DNA from: a virus
Virus record (IMG/VR): IMGVR_UViG_3300024308_000009
Location: 1 to 57,043 of that record
DNA length: 57,043 bases
Strand: one strand, 5' to 3'
A program made the translations under genes and the position numbers. The notes under the pieces were generated by a model. It saw only the letters and a list, made by a program, of their open reading frames with translations. It was not told where the DNA came from and did not search any database. The first letter of the stretch is position 1, and every line of letters begins with the position of its first letter. Positions 52,462 to 57,043 of this stretch are shown here, one piece after another.

Positions 52462-55319
52462 TGGCCCTACCATCTAAACGTTTAACCCGCTCGCCAAGCG
52501 GGGCAATGGATCCGCAAACGCAGGCATTGATTGAAAACTTGGAAATCCTTAACGGCGCTCGCGGAAAAGGAATGGATCGCGCCGTTCTTGTTCGTGACCT
52601 AGTTGATCTCGATTTGGCAAATATCAGAGTTGGCGCAGGCGGTGTAATCATCCCAACAAAGCCAGGCACAGGCGGCGGGCTTGGTGATGGAGATATTCAG
52701 GTTGATCCGCCTGAGGTGCCAAAAGGCGTAAAGGCTAGCGGCGGCTTCTCAACTATTCTTGTTGAGTGGGACAAACCAACATACTCTGGCCACGCATACA
52801 CTGAGATATTGAGGTCATCCACTGACGACTTCAGCACGGCGGTTAGGTTGTCGACGACAGCGGCTAACCTTATTAGCGATCAAGTTGGTTACGGAAAGAC
52901 TTTCTTTTATTGGGTTCGATTTGTAAACCTTCTCGATGTTAAGGGTCCTGTTCAATCAACTAACGGCGTTAGAGGGCAGACTCAAGAGGACATAGGCGAC
53001 ATTCTTGACAAGCTCAAAGGCCAGATAGATGAATCGTTTCTCACTCCAGAGTTTAATAGCAAGCTTACCGCCATAGGGGACCTAACCAAGCTAAATGAAC
53101 AGGGCCTTGCAGAGCTTGAAGGTAAGGTTATCGACTCAAACGAAAGGGTTGACATACTCAGCGCAGAAGCAGAGATCTTGGCTGAGGCTGCACTTGAGGC
53201 TGCGACTGGTGTCGATAACGAAGGGATCAAGCGACGCAAGGTTACGGCAGAGATAAAGCTAACCCAAAAGACCATTGTTTCAGACCTTGGCGCTCAAGCA
53301 ACTCAAATTTTAGAGATAACTGCGAGAGTAGATAATAACTTTGCCGCAATAAACGAAACCAAAAACGCAGTTATTAAACTTGATAGCGATACCAAACAGG
53401 CTGTTGAGTCAATAACGCAAAGGCTTGATTCTCAAAAATCAGAGATCGACCAGAACAAGTCTAGCATTACAAGCCAGTCTGAAACCCTCGTCCTCATCAA
53501 TAACAAAGTAGAGCAAAATTCTGGGTCTATAGGTGGGTTGAGCACTTCAATAACCTCAATAACAAACAGGTTAGATTCTCAGGAGTCTCAAATTGGCGCT
53601 AACACGGCAAATATAACCAGCCAAGGACAAACAATTGTTACCGTCAGCGGCGTTGCCAACTCTGCAAACGCAACCGCAAACCAAGCAAAGGATGATGCTG
53701 CAGTAGCAGCCTCAAAAGCTGCTGAGGCTGCAGGCATAGCCAACGGAAAAGGTAAAGTCATCATCCAATCATCGGAGCCAGCAACGGCTGATAGATTGGA
53801 ACAAAACTTATGGATCGACACTACAGGAAATCAAAATACTCCAAAAAGATGGAATGGCAGTAGTTGGGTTGTAGTTACAGATAAGGTGGCAACTGACGCG
53901 GCAGCGGCAGCGGTAGCGGCAAAGAATGCGGCTGATGCTGCAGCGGCTGCAGCATTGGCAAACGCTCAAAAAATAGAAGTGGTCTCTGAAACACTTTCAC
54001 AGCTTCAGTCAAAGGTTGGTGAAAACACCGCCAACATTACAACTAACAGCCAAACTATTGTTACAGTTGATGGAAAGGCCAATTCCGCGCAATCATCGGC
54101 TGACGCTGCTAACGCGGCAGCGTCGGCCGCACAATCAACGGCAAATTCTAACGGCCAATCGATAACAGTTCTGTCTCAGCAAATGACCACGCTGACAAGT
54201 GAGCTTAACGGTACTAAGTCACAGGTCACGCAGAACAGCCAGACGATAGCGACAATCGACGCAAACGGCGGTACAGCATATCAAGCACAATGGGGTGTTA
54301 AAGCTAGCATTGGCGATATAGTTGCAGGCATTGGCTTAACGGTTAAGAAGGAAACAGGCAAGCCTGATATTACTCAGTGTACAGTTATTGCTGGCCAGTT
54401 CTCTGTCGGCGTAGCGTCTACAGCTGGGGCCGCTACAGTTTATCCGTTTATTGTTGCCAATCATCCTACAACCGGTCAGCCCGGAGTATTCATCGATACT
54501 GCTTACATTAAGGCAGCAAAGATACAAGATCTAGTTGCTGGAGAGGTTATAGCTGACAACATCAAAGCGGCTGCAACGCTGACAGCTCCGTACATTAAAG
54601 GCGGGCGCATTGAGATAGGAAGTAGATTTGCTGTAGATGAAAACGGCAATTTAACGGCAACAAATGGCAATTACTCTGGAGTGGTTAATGCAACAGGAGG
54701 AACATTTAATAACGTTACAATTAATGAAAACTGCGATGTTAAAGGAACTTTGTATGCAAAAAACATCATAGGAAACATTACCAGCATAAACAGAGTAAAC
54801 GCCCCGGAAGGGGGAAGATTTTATTTTGAAAAAATAACATCTTCAAACCCAAGATTCCCTTATAAAAAGCTGGTAACACTTAACATAGACCCTTCAAAAA
54901 TGGATAGGTTTATAGACATAACAAACTTTGAAATAGGGATGGGAAACACCTTAATCGGAAATGGAAGAGTTTTCGGCGGTGCAGTTCAAGCGAGATCAGC
55001 AAATGGAACAGTGCTTAAGAATTGGCCGATATCAGTTAACTTTGCTGGCGGAGCATCTGTAAAGTTAGTAGGAAGAGATTTCCCGCTGACAGGAGACAGA
55101 TCAACAAAGGTTGTAAATTCTATACCTCTTCCAGCTGGAGAAACTGTTATTGAATTTTGGATGAGTATTTTTTCAGGTGACACAATAGGAAATACTCTTA
55201 TAGAGGTAATTGCGGCTGTTGGATATGCCGGTGCAGACGCTTCATATTGGCACTATGGTAATTTTGTTGATGTTACATCAATGCTGCAAAGTGGAACTAC
55301 AGGGGCGTGGATAACTTGA
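52461..55319 (+). CDS. Tail fibre / host-specificity protein with FN3-like domain and repeated coiled segments
   Basis: GGFSTILVEWDKPTYSGHAYTEILRS...FFYWVRFVN (lambda J-like FN3). Repeats NTANIT-x-QTIVTV-x-G-x-ANSA. AT-rich C-terminal about 220 codons. Confidence 0.65.
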   Translation: MALPSKRLTRSPSGAMDPQTQALIENLEILNGARGKGMDRAVLVRDLVDLDLANIRVGAGGVIIPTKPGTGGGLGDGDIQVDPPEVPKGVKASGGFSTILVEWDKPTYSGHAYTEILRSSTDDFSTAVRLSTTAANLISDQVGYGKTFFYWVRFVNLLDVKGPVQSTNGVRGQTQEDIGDILDKLKGQIDESFLTPEFNSKLTAIGDLTKLNEQGLAELEGKVIDSNERVDILSAEAEILAEAALEAATGVDNEGIKRRKVTAEIKLTQKTIVSDLGAQATQILEITARVDNNFAAINETKNAVIKLDSDTKQAVESITQRLDSQKSEIDQNKSSITSQSETLVLINNKVEQNSGSIGGLSTSITSITNRLDSQESQIGANTANITSQGQTIVTVSGVANSANATANQAKDDAAVAASKAAEAAGIANGKGKVIIQSSEPATADRLEQNLWIDTTGNQNTPKRWNGSSWVVVTDKVATDAAAAAVAAKNAADAAAAAALANAQKIEVVSETLSQLQSKVGENTANITTNSQTIVTVDGKANSAQSSADAANAAASAAQSTANSNGQSITVLSQQMTTLTSELNGTKSQVTQNSQTIATIDANGGTAYQAQWGVKASIGDIVAGIGLTVKKETGKPDITQCTVIAGQFSVGVASTAGAATVYPFIVANHPTTGQPGVFIDTAYIKAAKIQDLVAGEVIADNIKAAATLTAPYIKGGRIEIGSRFAVDENGNLTATNGNYSGVVNATGGTFNNVTINENCDVKGTLYAKNIIGNITSINRVNAPEGGRFYFEKITSSNPRFPYKKLVTLNIDPSKMDRFIDITNFEIGMGNTLIGNGRVFGGAVQARSANGTVLKNWPISVNFAGGASVKLVGRDFPLTGDRSTKVVNSIPLPAGETVIEFWMSIFSGDTIGNTLIEVIAAVGYAGADASYWHYGNFVDVTSMLQSGTTGAWIT

Positions 55320-55684
55320 TAGCAAAAGTAATTGATATTATTGAAGAAATATCAGAATGCAATCATTATGCTAAAAGAGTTGTTGATCTTATTTGTTCTG
55401 GTGAAGCGCATTTTTTTATGGTAGGAGGAGGGTTCATTATACTTAGGCCAATAATCAATAACGATATCGCAACTGTTCATGTGGAGTTCGCCTACTCTGT
55501 AGATGGAATGTCATTCAGGAACGGTTTTGATTTTGTTTGTTGTCGGGCAAAAGAAATTGGCGCCAATAAAATAACCTTTCAGACCAAAAATGGTAAGCTT
55601 GCTAGGTTAGCCAAAAAGCTTGGATGGACGAAAACCGATGAGCATGATTGCTTATCTAATTGGGAATTTACAATAAGGGGTTAA
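55307..55684 (+). CDS. Hypothetical protein, weak GNAT-like C-terminus; start uncertain (GTG 55307 or TTG 55316)
   Basis: 125 aa. ITFQTKNGKLARLAKKLGW. About 25 % GC by hand count at 55321-55380. Confidence 0.4.
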   Translation: MDNLIAKVIDIIEEISECNHYAKRVVDLICSGEAHFFMVGGGFIILRPIINNDIATVHVEFAYSVDGMSFRNGFDFVCCRAKEIGANKITFQTKNGKLARLAKKLGWTKTDEHDCLSNWEFTIRG

Positions 55685-55689
55685 TCATC

Positions 55690-56262
55690 ATGGGTGGTGG
55701 ACCGGATGAAGTAAAAGAAACAGAATATCAAAAAGAGCTAGCTAACATTGCCAAAGAAAAGTGGGAACTATCTAAGCAAAACTTGCAGCCTCTTGAAGAT
55801 ATGATGATCGCCAAGGTAAGCAAAGGCGTAACGCCAGAGCAAAGAGCTAAGGTGAGCGGTGCTGTAGGTACGGCGCACCAAAAGCAATTCGGCGAAGCCA
55901 CTAAGCAAGCCACTAGCCAGTTGTCAGCTACAGGCGTAGATCCAACGTCGGGCAAGTTCAAGGAGTCACTTAGCGACATTTCTAGGTCTGGCGGAGCGTC
56001 TAGGGCTGCCGGAGAGGTAGAGGGTGAGGCTGGGCTTCAGTCAAACCAAACTCTTGCAGAAATGAACATGCTACGCGTCGGTGCTGGTAAGGCTACTCAA
56101 GCCCAAGCTGGGCTAAGTGATGTTACTCGGCGGGCTGCACAGAAAGCGGAGCAGCAAGCGGCTATAGAGTACCAAGAAAACCAAGGTTTAAGGCAGTTGG
56201 CCGGGACAATTGCTGGTGCTGCTGGTACGTATTACGCACCTAAAACAAAAGCAAAAGGATAA
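55690..56262 (+). CDS. Putative internal virion protein
   Basis: Start at MGGGPDE after AAGGGG. 190 aa, A/Q/G-rich. Confidence 0.5.
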   Translation: MGGGPDEVKETEYQKELANIAKEKWELSKQNLQPLEDMMIAKVSKGVTPEQRAKVSGAVGTAHQKQFGEATKQATSQLSATGVDPTSGKFKESLSDISRSGGASRAAGEVEGEAGLQSNQTLAEMNMLRVGAGKATQAQAGLSDVTRRAAQKAEQQAAIEYQENQGLRQLAGTIAGAAGTYYAPKTKAKG

Positions 56263-56267
56263 TCAAA

Positions 56268-56642
56268 ATGGGCATAGCAGACTTAACACAAGCTAAACTT
56301 GCAAGGGAGCAGTGGGAAAGATACCGCCAATCCTACGCACCAATGCTAGAGGCAATGTCGCAGGATCTGCTTAGCGGTGAAAGCCTTAAGCAATCGTTAT
56401 CTTTAGTCCCTGAACAAACAAGCCAAGCATTTGATTTGCAAAAAGCAAACCAGCAAATGAGCATGCAGCGAATGGGGTTGTCTGGCGAAAGCGCATCTGC
56501 ACAAAGACAAACTGATATAGCTAAAGCATCATCACAGGCAGGCGCAGAAAATGAACTAAGGAATTTCTACACAGATCTGAAGTCTCAGGCGATATTAGGA
56601 TCAAGTAGCTCTATGAATAAACAGCTTGCGGGGAATAACTAA
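56268..56642 (+). CDS. Putative internal virion protein
   Basis: 124 aa with RBS AAGGA. Confidence 0.5.
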   Translation: MGIADLTQAKLAREQWERYRQSYAPMLEAMSQDLLSGESLKQSLSLVPEQTSQAFDLQKANQQMSMQRMGLSGESASAQRQTDIAKASSQAGAENELRNFYTDLKSQAILGSSSSMNKQLAGNN

Positions 56643-56876
56643 ATGAGTCTTTTAGATTTAAAAAGCTCTATGCAAGGAGAGGCTATACAAGGTATAGGCC
56701 AATCTGAACAAATGGAGCAAGAAAGAAAAATGCTCAACGAACAAAACAAAGCGCAAGCCAAAACGCAGACTATGTCTGCGGTTGGGACTGGAGCGGCAAT
56801 TGGAACAACCATATTGCCTGGCTGGGGAACTGCCATTGGTGCTGGCGTTGGCTTTCTAGCAGATGCGCTACTGTAG
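56643..56876 (+). CDS. Small Gly-zipper membrane protein
   Basis: 77 aa. GTGAAIGTTILPGWGTAIGAGVGF. Its stop abuts the HNH stop on the other strand. Confidence 0.5.
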   Translation: MSLLDLKSSMQGEAIQGIGQSEQMEQERKMLNEQNKAQAKTQTMSAVGTGAAIGTTILPGWGTAIGAGVGFLADALL

Positions 56877-57043
56877 CTAGTAAAGCGGACGGATACTTCC
56901 ATGATTGCGGTGGTATCCGTACCTAATCTCTGCTGACTTTCTTGCGCAGCAAGCGTCAAAAAAGTTTTCGTACCTACCAAGGCTTATTCTTTTTTTATCT
57001 AAACTAATCCTAACTCTCCATAATCCGCTTTTACTTTCAAAGC
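56877..57043 (-). CDS. 3' end of the same HNH endonuclease gene read across the circle junction (stop TAG at 56877-56879)
   Basis: Joining at the overlap continues the frame: ...ARKSAEIRYGYHRNHGSIRPLY*. The total is 269 aa. Confidence 0.75.
   Translation of the reverse strand, partial: FESKSGLWRVRISLDKKRISLGRYENFFDACCARKSAEIRYGYHRNHGSIRPLY
56917..57043. repeat. Terminal overlap copy 2, identical to 1-127
   Basis: Same 127-nt string. A 127-nt overlap is typical of a de Bruijn assembler closing a circle. Confidence 0.97.

Noticed and set aside
52461-55319. Diversity-generating retroelement targeting the fibre tip
   Set aside because: There is no reverse transcriptase ORF anywhere. I could not see a template repeat matching the C-terminal region.
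56917-57043. The 127-bp terminal repeat as a biological direct terminal repeat
   Set aside because: The exact length matches a common assembler k-mer. A gene reads seamlessly through the merged junction. There are no flanking features typical of DTR boundaries. I treat it as an assembly overlap pending read-level evidence.

Overview
The window is a complete tailed-phage genome assembled as a closed circle. Nt 1-127 are identical to 56917-57043, so the unique length is 56,916 bp. The architecture is podovirus-like: I saw no tape-measure, tail-tube or sheath gene. Hand counts put typical coding GC in the high 40s to mid 50s %, with several blocks at about 25-35 %. Layout: (i) + strand internal-virion/ejection proteins at 902-11873, including a 3,160-aa polyvalent giant protein. 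(ii) An accessory island of three opposed mini-cassettes separated by bidirectional terminators (11.9-13.9 kb). (iii) A lysis cassette (14.16-15.47 kb) with holin, SLT-type endolysin and overlapped i/o-spanins. (iv) A minus-strand early/replication block (15.5-22.2 kb) with NinG, Rha-KilAC, two DNA methyltransferases, NinB, a DnaC-like loader, a DUF1376/O-like initiator and a Cro-like HTH. (v) A + strand Rad52-like annealase module plus about 25 small accessory ORFs, including YopX, a protein with a PEP-utilizer swivel domain, Cys-rich proteins and MazG. (vi) A ~715-bp ORF-free region of tandem structured repeats followed by tRNA-Ile2(CAU) and tRNA-Arg(UCU). (vii) Packaging and morphogenesis genes: TerS candidate, HNH, TerL, portal, scaffold, capsid, fibres, then small internal proteins that wrap around to (i). 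I found no integrase, CI repressor, partition or polymerase genes. The most unusual item is the structured RNA-like array at 33.38-34.01 kb, which shows compensatory base changes between copies. Next are the polyvalent virion protein, the swivel-domain protein, the accessory island and a GATC/iteron cluster inside the initiator gene. All functional calls come from motif recognition by eye; no database search was run.
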